38,314 nucleotides of DNA from Candidatus Micrarchaeaceae archaeon (lineage in GTDB: Archaea; Micrarchaeota; Micrarchaeia; Micrarchaeales; Micrarchaeaceae). Below are positions 27,667 to 37,363 of this stretch, in pieces. The position numbers and the translations under genes are program-made. The notes under the pieces are model-generated. The model was given only the letters and a program-made list of their open reading frames with translations, had not been told where the DNA came from and made no database searches. The stretch covers positions 1 to 38,314 of the forward strand of contig JBEKES010000004.1 in NCBI GenBank assembly GCA_050013715.1, in the 5' to 3' direction. Each line of letters opens with the position of its first letter. The stretch's first letter is position 1.

Positions 27667-28737
27667 CCTGTCTATCAAATACTCGACCATTGCCTTGAGC
27701 TTTTTCTTTGGCTCAGAGTCATTTAATCGCTTCTCCACATTGGCCCACGCATCTTTTACAAGAGTGTATTCCAATTCCTTTACGTATTCTATGGCTCCGT
27801 ATTTCTTTATTATTGCTATTGCCTCATTGATAATTTCCTGATCCTTGGTGTGCATTGCAAGTATTTCCTCCAATCTCTTTTTGTCCTGCTCATTTGCCTT
27901 GGAAAGCGCATGTATGACCATCAATGTGACCTTGCCTTCGGTTATGTCTTCGCCTATGAAGCCCTTGTTTACTGAAAGCTGGTTTTCCGTTATGTTGAGC
28001 AAATCATCCTGCAATTGGAAGGCAACTCCTATCGAAGAGCCGAATTTTCCTAGTGTGTCTATTGTATTGTCGTCAGCTTCAGCCAGCGCCGCACCAAGCT
28101 TTGCCGCCATGCCAGACAAAACGCCTGTTTTTGAGTATGCCATCTGCATGTACTGGCTTTCCGATATTGTTGTATAATCCACAAGCGAATTGTGCCATGC
28201 TATGTCAGTTGCCTGTCCTATTGTAAGCTTCAGCATTTCCCTCTGATAGATGTCAAGCACTTTTATCTTGATCTCCTTTGTGAGCTTCTTGCTGTCAAGC
28301 AGTGCAACCATGGGGAAATAGAACATGAAATCTCCAAGATTCAATGCAATGTCAACTCCGTATTTCTTGTGAACTGCTGGAGCCCCTCTTCTCATATCAG
28401 AATTGTCCTCTATATCATCATGAATCAAGCTACCGTTGTGTATTACTTCAGGTATTATCGAGAATTCAATGAAATTGTTTGAGTCTTTTCCTATTGCATC
28501 TATTACTGTTAGCATTAGCACTGGCCTCCATCTCTTGCCTCCCAATGACAAGAGATACTTTGCAGGATCTATAACCGCTTTGTTTATTGCCTTCAAGTCA
28601 TATTCATAGCCGCTTCTGCCTAGCAAACTTCCAAAGTACCTTGCAGAATCCTTATTGGTAAGTGTTTCATCTATTTTTTTGTCTATGTCAACAGCACGCT
28701 CCTTCATATAAGCTACTATGTCATCGTTATTTGCCAT
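27658..28737 (-). CDS. trans-Polyprenyl diphosphate synthase (IdsA/IspA family)
   Basis: GGKRWRP, SLIHDDIEDNSDMRRG, GQATD, KTG, FQLQDDLL, GEDITEGK. Confidence 0.93.
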   Translation of the reverse strand: MANNDDIVAYMKERAVDIDKKIDETLTNKDSARYFGSLLGRSGYEYDLKAINKAVIDPAKYLLSLGGKRWRPVLMLTVIDAIGKDSNNFIEFSIIPEVIHNGSLIHDDIEDNSDMRRGAPAVHKKYGVDIALNLGDFMFYFPMVALLDSKKLTKEIKIKVLDIYQREMLKLTIGQATDIAWHNSLVDYTTISESQYMQMAYSKTGVLSGMAAKLGAALAEADDNTIDTLGKFGSSIGVAFQLQDDLLNITENQLSVNKGFIGEDITEGKVTLMVIHALSKANEQDKKRLEEILAMHTKDQEIINEAIAIIKKYGAIEYVKELEYTLVKDAWANVEKRLNDSEPKKKLKAMVEYLIDRSI

Positions 28738-28929
28738 AAAATCAACAAGACTTATTTTTAATGGTATATAAAACTTTAGAACCCATCGTCAATAGTCGGA
28801 TAAGACCCTATTTTTAAAGAAGCAAACTCCTGAATAACCGAATAATCCTCTATGTAATGCTCTAAGTAATTAATATAATACACTATGTTTATATATTATA
28901 AAATTCATATTCATGGTAGGTGTTTATAG

Positions 28930-29991
28930 ATGGCAGTCGAACGATTGATGAGTCTTGCTAATACGGCAATAAAGAGCAATTTCGTCAAGCTAGACCAGCC
29001 CTACAAGCTCAATTACTGCATAACCTATGTATGCCAATCCAGATGCATCACCTGCAACATATGGCAGATGAAGCCAAAGGGAGAAATGACAATAGACGAG
29101 GTTCGCGAATTCGTGAAGGCTAATCCTTACTTCAAATGGGTGGAACTTACAGGTGGTGAGCCATTCCTGAGAAGCGACATAGTAGAAATAGCCAAAACCT
29201 TCAAGGAAAATTCAAAAGGACTTTACATCCTTACAATGCCCACTAACTCATTATGCAACCAGGACATGGTGGAAAGGAAATTGAGAGAGATACTTGCACT
29301 TGGAATACCCAGAGTTGCAGTTACTGTAAGCCTTGACGGCTATCGTGAAATGCACGACAAGATAAGGGGAATACCGGGCAACTACGACAAGGCAATAGCA
29401 ATGTTCAAGCGATTGAAGGAACTCAAAAAGGAATACAACAATCTCTATTTTGTATTTGGCTATACATTAAGCAAATTCAACAAAGGCGAGTTTGCAAAAA
29501 CCTATGAGGAAGTGAAGAAAGACATTCCAGACATAAGATATAATGACTTCCACATAAATCTTGCACAAGTTTCTGGAAATTACTACAACAATGCAAGCGA
29601 CGACATAAGGGCAAACAATCCTGAAATAGTTGGCGAGCTTGAAAATATACTCAAACACAGGCAATTCGAAGTGGGAGTAATACCCTTGATAGAAGGAGCA
29701 TTCACAAGAAAGCTTGTCGAATACGCTAAAACAGGACACAGCCCAATGAAGAGCAGAAGTCTTGAAGCATCGCTGTTCATGGATAGCTTCGGAAATGTGT
29801 ATCCATCAATAATGTGGGACCAGAAAATAGGAAATGTTCGTGATGTATCCTATGACTTGTCTAAACTATGGAACAACGAGCTTGCGCAGAAGGTAAGAAC
29901 AGACATAAAGGAAGGAAAGGAGCCAAACCAGTGGACCTCCTGCGAGGCCTATCAAATACTTACCGGTAGCATGCTAAGCCTGTTTGTCTAA
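28930..29991 (+). CDS. Radical SAM protein with a degenerate SPASM/Twitch-like C-terminus
   Basis: CQSRCITC (CxxxCxxC), TGGEPFLR, VSLDG..HDKIRG, MDSFGNVYPS..IGNV. Confidence 0.9.
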   Translation: MAVERLMSLANTAIKSNFVKLDQPYKLNYCITYVCQSRCITCNIWQMKPKGEMTIDEVREFVKANPYFKWVELTGGEPFLRSDIVEIAKTFKENSKGLYILTMPTNSLCNQDMVERKLREILALGIPRVAVTVSLDGYREMHDKIRGIPGNYDKAIAMFKRLKELKKEYNNLYFVFGYTLSKFNKGEFAKTYEEVKKDIPDIRYNDFHINLAQVSGNYYNNASDDIRANNPEIVGELENILKHRQFEVGVIPLIEGAFTRKLVEYAKTGHSPMKSRSLEASLFMDSFGNVYPSIMWDQKIGNVRDVSYDLSKLWNNELAQKVRTDIKEGKEPNQWTSCEAYQILTGSMLSLFV

Positions 29992-30031
29992 TGCTTTTAT
30001 ACCTTCTTTTTCATATTATTGCGTGGGACTA

Positions 30032-30910
30032 ATGAAAATAATGCTTATTATCCTAATGTTAATTGCCTCAATGTCGCTTGCATTTAGCTCAACTGTCACA
30101 TTGACAGGGACATGCTATTCAAAGCTGGTAAACAGCACAGACAACTACATGACATTGAATATTACCAATTCCGGCAACGGAACCGCAACCAATTTGCTCA
30201 TAGAGCCTAGCTTACAAGGTGCAACGACCAATACGTCAATACTATTGCCCATTGTGGCCCCAAGCTCAACATACCTGGAAAAGATATACTTCCAGAATTT
30301 CACAAAGCCGGGAAGCTATGTCGAGAATTTCGTAACCAGATACTCTCAAGGCTCCAGCACCTTCATAACCTTTTTCCCATGCCTTGTAAACATAAACCAG
30401 AATGCGCCTAGTGCCATAGGCATTACAAGCCTTGCATTGAAGAACAAACTCATAAGGGTAAACATCTCAAATATAGCAGATTATCCTATAACTGCCCAAA
30501 TCTCAGTATACACTCCTCCCTCCTTTACTGTATTGAATTCAACAAAAAACATAACAGTAAACAAGGACTCGAATTCTAATGTATCGTTTTCCATATCAAC
30601 GCCACAATATACCAATGCTCAATTTCCCATTGCTGTGGCAGTTTCATATGTAAACAGCAATGTTCATTATTCGTCTCTTGCAGTGAGCTCAATCTCATTT
30701 GGAGGAGGTACAGGAAGCATATCATCAATTCTTGAAGGCAACGGAATACTTTTTGTGATACTTGCCATAATAATAATCATAATAGTTCTGATAATCTTCT
30801 CCATACTCAAAAACAGAAAAGACGAGCACAACAAAGGAAATCAAGAAGGGCACAATGAAATGCATCAAAACAAAACAGAAGAGACCAAAACTGAGCAGGT
30901 AGTTCAATGA
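30032..30910 (+). CDS. Exported beta-rich (Ig/CARDB-like) protein with a C-terminal membrane anchor
   Basis: Signal peptide from ATG 30032, NITNSGNGTATN, many sequons, C-terminal TM helix and charged tail. ATGA overlap with GT2. Confidence 0.75.
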   Translation: MKIMLIILMLIASMSLAFSSTVTLTGTCYSKLVNSTDNYMTLNITNSGNGTATNLLIEPSLQGATTNTSILLPIVAPSSTYLEKIYFQNFTKPGSYVENFVTRYSQGSSTFITFFPCLVNINQNAPSAIGITSLALKNKLIRVNISNIADYPITAQISVYTPPSFTVLNSTKNITVNKDSNSNVSFSISTPQYTNAQFPIAVAVSYVNSNVHYSSLAVSSISFGGGTGSISSILEGNGILFVILAIIIIIIVLIIFSILKNRKDEHNKGNQEGHNEMHQNKTEETKTEQVVQ

Positions 30911-31581
30911 GTACAAAGCCCTATCTCAGCATTGTAATACCAACATTAAACGAACAAGATAATATAAAAGTACTATTTGAAGAAATACATCCAATAATAA
31001 AAAAATACAAATACGAGATAATAATAGTTGATGGCCATTCGAAAGACAAAACTGTTGAATATGCAAAACGTTTTGGCGCAAGGATAATATACGACAATCA
31101 AGGAAAAGGATCTGCGCTAATAAAAGGCTTCAACTCAGCAAAAGGAGACATAACAATATCCATGGATGCAGATCTATCCAATAGGCCAAATGAACTGCTT
31201 CTGCTCATAGCTGGCATAGAGGCAGGTTACGATGTATGCATGGGATCGAGGTTCCTTACCGGAGGAGGCTCGGACGACATGCCCTGGATAAGAAAACTAG
31301 GAAACAAGATATTCGTCACCATTGTGAATATAGCCTGCCATTCGCATTATACTGACATGTGCTACGGTTACAGAAGCTTTGCAAGAAACGTATCGAGAAA
31401 ACTAGACCTAAAGGAAAAGGGATTCGGCATAGAAACGGAAATAAACATAAAAGTACAGAAGAAGCATTTGAAAGTACTTGAAGTGCCTAGCTACGAGAAG
31501 TTAAGAGCATCAGGAGAAGGCAAGCTGAGAAGCCTAAATGACGGGTTCGTTATCCTTAGGACAATCCTGAATAACATATAA
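30907..31581 (+). CDS. Glycosyltransferase family 2, polyprenol-phosphate sugar synthase (DPM1-like)
   Basis: SIVIPTLNE, VDGHSKDKT, GKGSAL, MDADLS, GSRF, TDMCYGYRSF, FGIETE. Confidence 0.9.
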   Translation: MSTKPYLSIVIPTLNEQDNIKVLFEEIHPIIKKYKYEIIIVDGHSKDKTVEYAKRFGARIIYDNQGKGSALIKGFNSAKGDITISMDADLSNRPNELLLLIAGIEAGYDVCMGSRFLTGGGSDDMPWIRKLGNKIFVTIVNIACHSHYTDMCYGYRSFARNVSRKLDLKEKGFGIETEINIKVQKKHLKVLEVPSYEKLRASGEGKLRSLNDGFVILRTILNNI

Positions 31582-31644
31582 AATTACCGACGCGTCAGTA
31601 AACTATTTATATTATAGGAAACAGCAATATTACTGTGATAAAAT

Positions 31645-32106
31645 ATGCCAACCCACAAGAAGTCAAGCACAAATGAACAACAACTTAAAGGGTTTTCAAT
31701 AGATCTGGCCGATGTTAAACTCTCTGAAGAAGTAAGGAAATTGGTCAGAACTATATTTCCTGCAACAAAAATAAAATTTATAGTAGAAGCAAGCAAATAT
31801 GATATGGGTTCTATTGATAGCAGGATAAGAATGTTAGATGAGGAAACAGAGGAAAGTCTAAATGCCATTACATTAGCAATAAGAGCAGAACTGAAGACCC
31901 CAAAACCTTATACTAAAGGCTTTGTTATTTGCGGAGCTAGCATACACTTTCATGATCAATCACAAGATCCTAACGAGTTTGCTGAAGAAACAGCTCTAAA
32001 TATTATATCAACAAAATTTACCGAGTTGACATTGGCACATGATAGGCATTTGAAATATACAGCAAGAACCAAACATCTGCTGCGCGGTAAACGTAAAAAA
32101 GAATGA
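31645..32106 (+). CDS. Hypothetical protein
   Basis: 153-aa ORF with its own TATA box and GTGAT motif and a basic C-terminus. No recognisable family. Confidence 0.6.
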   Translation: MPTHKKSSTNEQQLKGFSIDLADVKLSEEVRKLVRTIFPATKIKFIVEASKYDMGSIDSRIRMLDEETEESLNAITLAIRAELKTPKPYTKGFVICGASIHFHDQSQDPNEFAEETALNIISTKFTELTLAHDRHLKYTARTKHLLRGKRKKE

Positions 32107-32115
32107 ACTAATTAT

Positions 32116-33861
32116 TTAATTTGTACTATTTGAAGAGGACAAATTCCTTATGTAGTAGAATCCATAGTTATAGTTGAATGCGTTGTATGTTGCTGTTGCT
32201 ATTGGAACCAATTGGTAAGTTTGATTTACTGACGTGCACTCGTTGTTTGGGGTATGGCACCAATACCCATAATCAAGGACTAAACAACTATACTCGCTTC
32301 TGTACTGGTTCACTTGCGTTGAATTGTAAACATTGTCCATTTGCGTTGCTGTCCTGTTGTTTATGTTGAATAGTGTAGGATCATAGGTATATACAATGCA
32401 ATTAGACGGTATTGTTTTTGAAGTATTGTATACAAAATTCTCGTAGAATCTTGCATCTCCTGCCTGCTGTATTGATGAAGGATTAACGGAAAGAAGCGGC
32501 AGCAGAGTGTATATTGGATATATTATAAGCACAATCATTGCAACCAATGCAATGCCGTTTATGAACTTTGCCTTGTCCTTGAATCTTTTTGCATATCTTT
32601 CAATTTCCTCAAGAACCATTGCGACTCCGAATCCTCCCATCATTGAAACCTGAGCTATAAGACTCAGCATAAAGCGCCAGTCAACGCCGTACATAACGGA
32701 TCCTGCATAAAACGCAGCATAGAGCAAGAAGAACACCATAAACCATATCGCGATTGATGCAAGCGTGCGCTTCTTGTATACAAGCATGAAGGCAATTCCT
32801 ACAAATGCAAGAATGGTGAATATTATCGGCTGCATCACATAGGCGCTTTTATAGTTGTTAAACCAGAAGAGTATATTTCCGCATATGTTAGCATTGAAAT
32901 TCTGAAGTCCTATCGATGCATTTACGCTTAATGGGGTAAGATTCTTCGTGCATGTGTTCTGTATTATTGTTCCCTGATATCCGTAACCATCAGTAAATGA
33001 TTCATTTATGGAGTACAATATTGAAGGAACAATTGCAATGAACACGAAGAGAAGTATTATCAGCAATTTTGTATTTAGTATATTTTTCTTTATTGCACTG
33101 AATGTTTCCTTTATTGTTTTTGCAATGCTCTTGTCGTTGAGAATAAGATACAACACAATGAAAACAGGTATGAAGAATATCTCGTCAACTTTCATGTAGA
33201 AAAGCAGCGAGAACGAGAACAGGAAATTGGAAAGGCTCCATACATTTTTCCTTTCTACGAATATCATGAAAAAGAAGATGCATATCATTGAATAGGCAAG
33301 AACTGCAAGATCGGAATTGGTTGGCATCCCCCATACGAGTATTACTGGAGAAAGCGCCATGAGAAATTCCGTGAAATATGCTGCTTTCTTGTTCTTCAAA
33401 AGAAGAAGCGACGCAAAGAAGCTCATTATTATTGAAACTACGCCCAGAGCAAACTCGGCACCGTATGCGACATTCCTCTTCACTCCGAAAAGCAGGAATG
33501 CTATCGCCATGTTGAATGATAATCCTATCGGCTCATGATAAATCTGGCCGCTGAGGCATGTAGTTGCAGTGCCATAGTTGCACATCCATGCCTGTCCTGT
33601 CTTCAGAAGATCAAGAGCCATTCCCTGGTATATTGCATCGTCGAAGAAAAGCAGTTGCGTTGGCTTTATGAAATACAATTCCATGAAAACAAACACAAGA
33701 ACTATCCCTATTACAAGAATCAAGTCCTTTTTATTGAAGTTATGATCATGGAGCGTTTTCTTTATGTTTTTCCTGTCTTTTATTACGCCTATTATCAATG
33801 CTACGAAAGATATCAGTATTCCTATGGTGAAAATATATTCTAGTAAGCCTTGTTGAAGCAT
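32116..33861 (-). CDS. GT-C fold membrane glycosyltransferase (PMT/ArnT-like)
   Basis: Multiple TM segments, acidic first external loop LFFDDAIY, DWRFML, Cys-containing soluble C-terminal domain. Confidence 0.7.
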   Translation of the reverse strand: MLQQGLLEYIFTIGILISFVALIIGVIKDRKNIKKTLHDHNFNKKDLILVIGIVLVFVFMELYFIKPTQLLFFDDAIYQGMALDLLKTGQAWMCNYGTATTCLSGQIYHEPIGLSFNMAIAFLLFGVKRNVAYGAEFALGVVSIIMSFFASLLLLKNKKAAYFTEFLMALSPVILVWGMPTNSDLAVLAYSMICIFFFMIFVERKNVWSLSNFLFSFSLLFYMKVDEIFFIPVFIVLYLILNDKSIAKTIKETFSAIKKNILNTKLLIILLFVFIAIVPSILYSINESFTDGYGYQGTIIQNTCTKNLTPLSVNASIGLQNFNANICGNILFWFNNYKSAYVMQPIIFTILAFVGIAFMLVYKKRTLASIAIWFMVFFLLYAAFYAGSVMYGVDWRFMLSLIAQVSMMGGFGVAMVLEEIERYAKRFKDKAKFINGIALVAMIVLIIYPIYTLLPLLSVNPSSIQQAGDARFYENFVYNTSKTIPSNCIVYTYDPTLFNINNRTATQMDNVYNSTQVNQYRSEYSCLVLDYGYWCHTPNNECTSVNQTYQLVPIATATYNAFNYNYGFYYIRNLSSSNSTN

Positions 33862-35579
33862 CAGATTCCACTCCTATTTGTTACAAAAATACCATTTATA
33901 AACATATACTTTGTTTTTGTTGTCTTCATTGTAAGCAACGCATCCTGCGGTGTCATGACTATAGGCATGCCGTGTATGTTGAAGCTCGTATTCAATACGA
34001 TTCCATAACCTGAATTCTTCTTTAGGTTCTGCAATAATTCCATGTAGGGCTTGTTTTCCTTTCCTACCATGTGCGTTCTTGAAGATCCATCTATATGCAC
34101 TATTGACTTTTCCCTTTCCAATAACTCCTTTTTCATCATGTACCCAGAGGTCATGAATTTGTCATAGCCTTTGCTGTCGAAATCAAACATTCTTGATGCC
34201 TCTTCCTCAAGAAGCGAAGGAGCAAAAGGCTGGAACCATTCCCTTTTCTTGACGTAAAGATTCAAACGCTCCTTTACCTCTTCGGAGTCGCTTGGTGCCA
34301 ATATGCTCCTGTTTCCCAATGCGCGAGGCCCATATTCCATTCGTCCCTGGAACCAGAAAAGATAATTCCCATCGGAGATAAGCTCTGCCGCATGCCTTGC
34401 ATTTTCGGATTCACCCTCCAATGTATATTTGAGAGATCTGTCCGATTTTACTATTTTTTCAGTTTCATCCTGAGTATAACTGTCGCCAAGATACGGATTG
34501 AATTCATAACTAGAATTTCCTGTCAGTAAATAATTGGTATAGAGTGCTGCACCCAGTGCAATTCCTCCGTCGCCCATGTGCGGAAACACATACCAGTGCT
34601 TAAGATTCTCAAGGTTCCTGATTTTCATGTTCGCCTTTATGTTTGCGAAAGTGCCTCCTGCAAATGCCACATCGCTTACATTGTACCTGTCAATTACGTT
34701 GCTGGAGAATTTTACGATTATATTCTGAAGCAATTGCTGCGCCATGTAGGCAAATTGCTCTCTTGGCATCTGCCAGGCCATCCTTTGAAGAAGCGAAAAC
34801 TGCTTTACTGGACTGTACTTCGCAGTTATCTGCGTTCCTGAAACCGTGAAGAAGTCCTTGAATTTATTCTCCTCGAAATCAAAAGGATAGGAATAATCGG
34901 CCATGGCCATTACCTTGCCTTCATCTTCCAATTCTCTCATTCCCACTATGTTTGTTACCTGTTCGAAGAATATTCCTATGGAATCGCGCGCTCCTATTGC
35001 CATGTGCCTTTCAAGCTTTCCGTTCTTAAGTGTGCTTACTGATCCTGAAAGCCCGTCGCCAAGCCCATCAAGAGTTATGACAAGCGAGTTTTTGAATGGG
35101 GCTGTGAATGCTGCCGTTGCGGCATGTGCGGTATGGTGCTCAACCACATGCAATTTGAAGTTATTGAACCCAGCTTTTTTCAATTTGCCTGAAACAATGC
35201 TGCTGCTTACTGTATTGCATAATGGCAATATTCCTATGGTTGTGAGCGTGTATTTCAAATTGTGCCTGGCGCTCTCGAACCTCGGCTTGAGCATTTTCCT
35301 TCTCCTGAATTGGTAATAGCTTTCCTTCATTCCTGGAAAAACCCTCTCGAGCGTTTTTGTAAATTCCGTAGTTGTAAATGCTATGTGCTCTATATCACCT
35401 GGCTTTATCTTTGCGTAGGTCAGAGCAGCATGTATGGAATGATAGGGAAAATCTACCTCTAATTTTCTTTTTGTGAATCTTTCTTCATTGGCGGCGAATA
35501 TTATCTGCTTGTCCTTTACCAGTGCTGCTCCAGCATCGTGACCATCCCAAACTCCAAGCACATACAAAAAATCACACAT
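33861..35579 (-). CDS. O-carbamoyltransferase (NodU/CmcH/TobZ family)
   Basis: HDAGAAL, EERFTKRK, HHTAHA, DGLGD, EGKVMAMA, GDGGIALGAA, GRMEYGPRALGNRSIL, PFAPS, LNTSFNIHG. Confidence 0.93.
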   Translation of the reverse strand: MCDFLYVLGVWDGHDAGAALVKDKQIIFAANEERFTKRKLEVDFPYHSIHAALTYAKIKPGDIEHIAFTTTEFTKTLERVFPGMKESYYQFRRRKMLKPRFESARHNLKYTLTTIGILPLCNTVSSSIVSGKLKKAGFNNFKLHVVEHHTAHAATAAFTAPFKNSLVITLDGLGDGLSGSVSTLKNGKLERHMAIGARDSIGIFFEQVTNIVGMRELEDEGKVMAMADYSYPFDFEENKFKDFFTVSGTQITAKYSPVKQFSLLQRMAWQMPREQFAYMAQQLLQNIIVKFSSNVIDRYNVSDVAFAGGTFANIKANMKIRNLENLKHWYVFPHMGDGGIALGAALYTNYLLTGNSSYEFNPYLGDSYTQDETEKIVKSDRSLKYTLEGESENARHAAELISDGNYLFWFQGRMEYGPRALGNRSILAPSDSEEVKERLNLYVKKREWFQPFAPSLLEEEASRMFDFDSKGYDKFMTSGYMMKKELLEREKSIVHIDGSSRTHMVGKENKPYMELLQNLKKNSGYGIVLNTSFNIHGMPIVMTPQDALLTMKTTKTKYMFINGIFVTNRSGI

Positions 35580-37270
35580 TAGTTGATTAATTCTCTATCC
35601 TTTATTTCTTTTGAAACCCTTTTTATTAATTCCTCTATTTCAAGGTCATGTTCCTGTTTTCCTGTTCTGTCCCTTATTGTTATCTTGTTCTTTTCCTGTT
35701 CCTTCTTGCCAAGTATTATCATGTAGGGCACTTTCTGCATCTGAGCTTCTCTTATCTTGTATTCCAATGTTCTGTCTGATATATCCATATTGGCCCTTAT
35801 GCCGCTTTCCACAAGTTTCTTGTAAATTGTTTCCGAATATTCGTTCACGTGTTCGGATATTGCAATTACCTTCACCTGCATAGGTGCAAGCCAGGTCGGG
35901 AATTTGCCCTGGTAATGTTCGGTGAGCACTCCCATGAACCTTTCAACAGCGCCCAATACTGCACGGTGTATCATTACGGGTCCGTGCTCCTTTCCGTCTT
36001 CTCCTGTATATTCCAATCCAAACCTAAGCGGTAACTGGTAATCCAATTGCAATGTTGCACACTGCCATTTTCTTCCAATTGCATCAACCACGTCAAAATC
36101 TATTTTTGGTCCGTAGAATGCTCCGTCTTTTTCATTTATTATGTAATCTATTGAATTTGTCTTAAGCGCATTTTTCAGAACTTCCTCTGCCCTTTGCCAT
36201 AGTGCTTCATCACCCATGTGGTTGTCAGGCATTGTGGATAATTTTGCAGTGAACTTCATGCCAAAAGTGTCATATACCTCTTTTACCATCTTGAGAAGCA
36301 TTGTGAATTCTTTCTCAAGCTGGCTTTCCATAAGAAATATGTGTCCGTCATCCTGGGTAAATTCTCTCAATCTGAATAATCCCGTCAATGCACCGCTTAT
36401 CTCATTCCTATACAATCTGTCAAATATTGCTGTTCTGAATGGTAGTTCCCTGTAGCTCCATTTCCTTGATTTGTATATCAGAATTGAGGAAGGACAGTTC
36501 ATCGGCTTCATTCCTAATTGTTCATTGTCCATATTGGACATGAACATGTTCTCCTTGTAATGGTCTATGTGGCCGCTAACGTGCCATAGTGCAACATTTG
36601 CAAGGCTTGGTGTGCTTATTTCATCATAGCCGTATTTTCTCTCAATCTCTCTTACGAATTCAACAATTTGCCTGAAAACTATAAGCCCATTCTTATGCCA
36701 GTAAACCATTCCCGGTGAAACTTCCTGGAAGCTGAACATGTCCAATTTTTCGCCTATTGTCCTGTGATCCGTTTCAGGAAGCCCGGACATCTCGCTCTTC
36801 CTTACTATTGAGGTATTTACGCTAACGGGCTTGGCTTTTTTGTATATTTTTGTTTCTTCCTTGCCGTAGCTTTTGCCCTGCTCCGCAAGCGGATGGCCCT
36901 TCATTTCGAGGCTCAATTTCTTGTTCCAGCCGAAGGGCGCCTTTTTGACTTCCATGCCGTTCCAGGATTCAGCGTTTCTGTACATGTAGTCTATTATATT
37001 CATTGCACTTTTCGGATCAGAAAGATTGCTGCTAAGATGTGCAAACGGATAAAGAACAAGCCTCGTCCTCTTGAGCTGGTCCATGAATTTCTTAAGGTCG
37101 GATAGCGCCTTGTCCGCAGTGCTTTCATCGTCTTCTTTCTCTATGCTGAGCATCATTACTATTGCATCCTTCATCTCTACTTTCTTCTCGTTTGTATCTT
37201 CGTATATGCTTGCCTCCGGCTTAATTAGCTCGTAGCCTATGCTTTCTACATCAAGTAAAAGAATCCTCAT
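35579..37270 (-). CDS. thrS: Threonyl-tRNA synthetase (archaeal editing domain plus bacterial-type catalytic core)
   Basis: N-terminal YPFAHLSS, APFGW, GHPLAE. Core DHR, KPMNCP, FTQDDGHIF, GAFYGPKID, MIHRA, FPTWLAP, KIREAQ..KVPY. Confidence 0.95.
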   Translation of the reverse strand: MRILLLDVESIGYELIKPEASIYEDTNEKKVEMKDAIVMMLSIEKEDDESTADKALSDLKKFMDQLKRTRLVLYPFAHLSSNLSDPKSAMNIIDYMYRNAESWNGMEVKKAPFGWNKKLSLEMKGHPLAEQGKSYGKEETKIYKKAKPVSVNTSIVRKSEMSGLPETDHRTIGEKLDMFSFQEVSPGMVYWHKNGLIVFRQIVEFVREIERKYGYDEISTPSLANVALWHVSGHIDHYKENMFMSNMDNEQLGMKPMNCPSSILIYKSRKWSYRELPFRTAIFDRLYRNEISGALTGLFRLREFTQDDGHIFLMESQLEKEFTMLLKMVKEVYDTFGMKFTAKLSTMPDNHMGDEALWQRAEEVLKNALKTNSIDYIINEKDGAFYGPKIDFDVVDAIGRKWQCATLQLDYQLPLRFGLEYTGEDGKEHGPVMIHRAVLGAVERFMGVLTEHYQGKFPTWLAPMQVKVIAISEHVNEYSETIYKKLVESGIRANMDISDRTLEYKIREAQMQKVPYMIILGKKEQEKNKITIRDRTGKQEHDLEIEELIKRVSKEIKDRELIN

Positions 37271-37363
37271 GATGTGCCCCCTAATAACTATTATCTATTT
37301 ACTAAAAGTCTTTATTAAGTTTGCGTAATAACTGCTTTAAAGCTTTATTGGCATTGTATCAAC

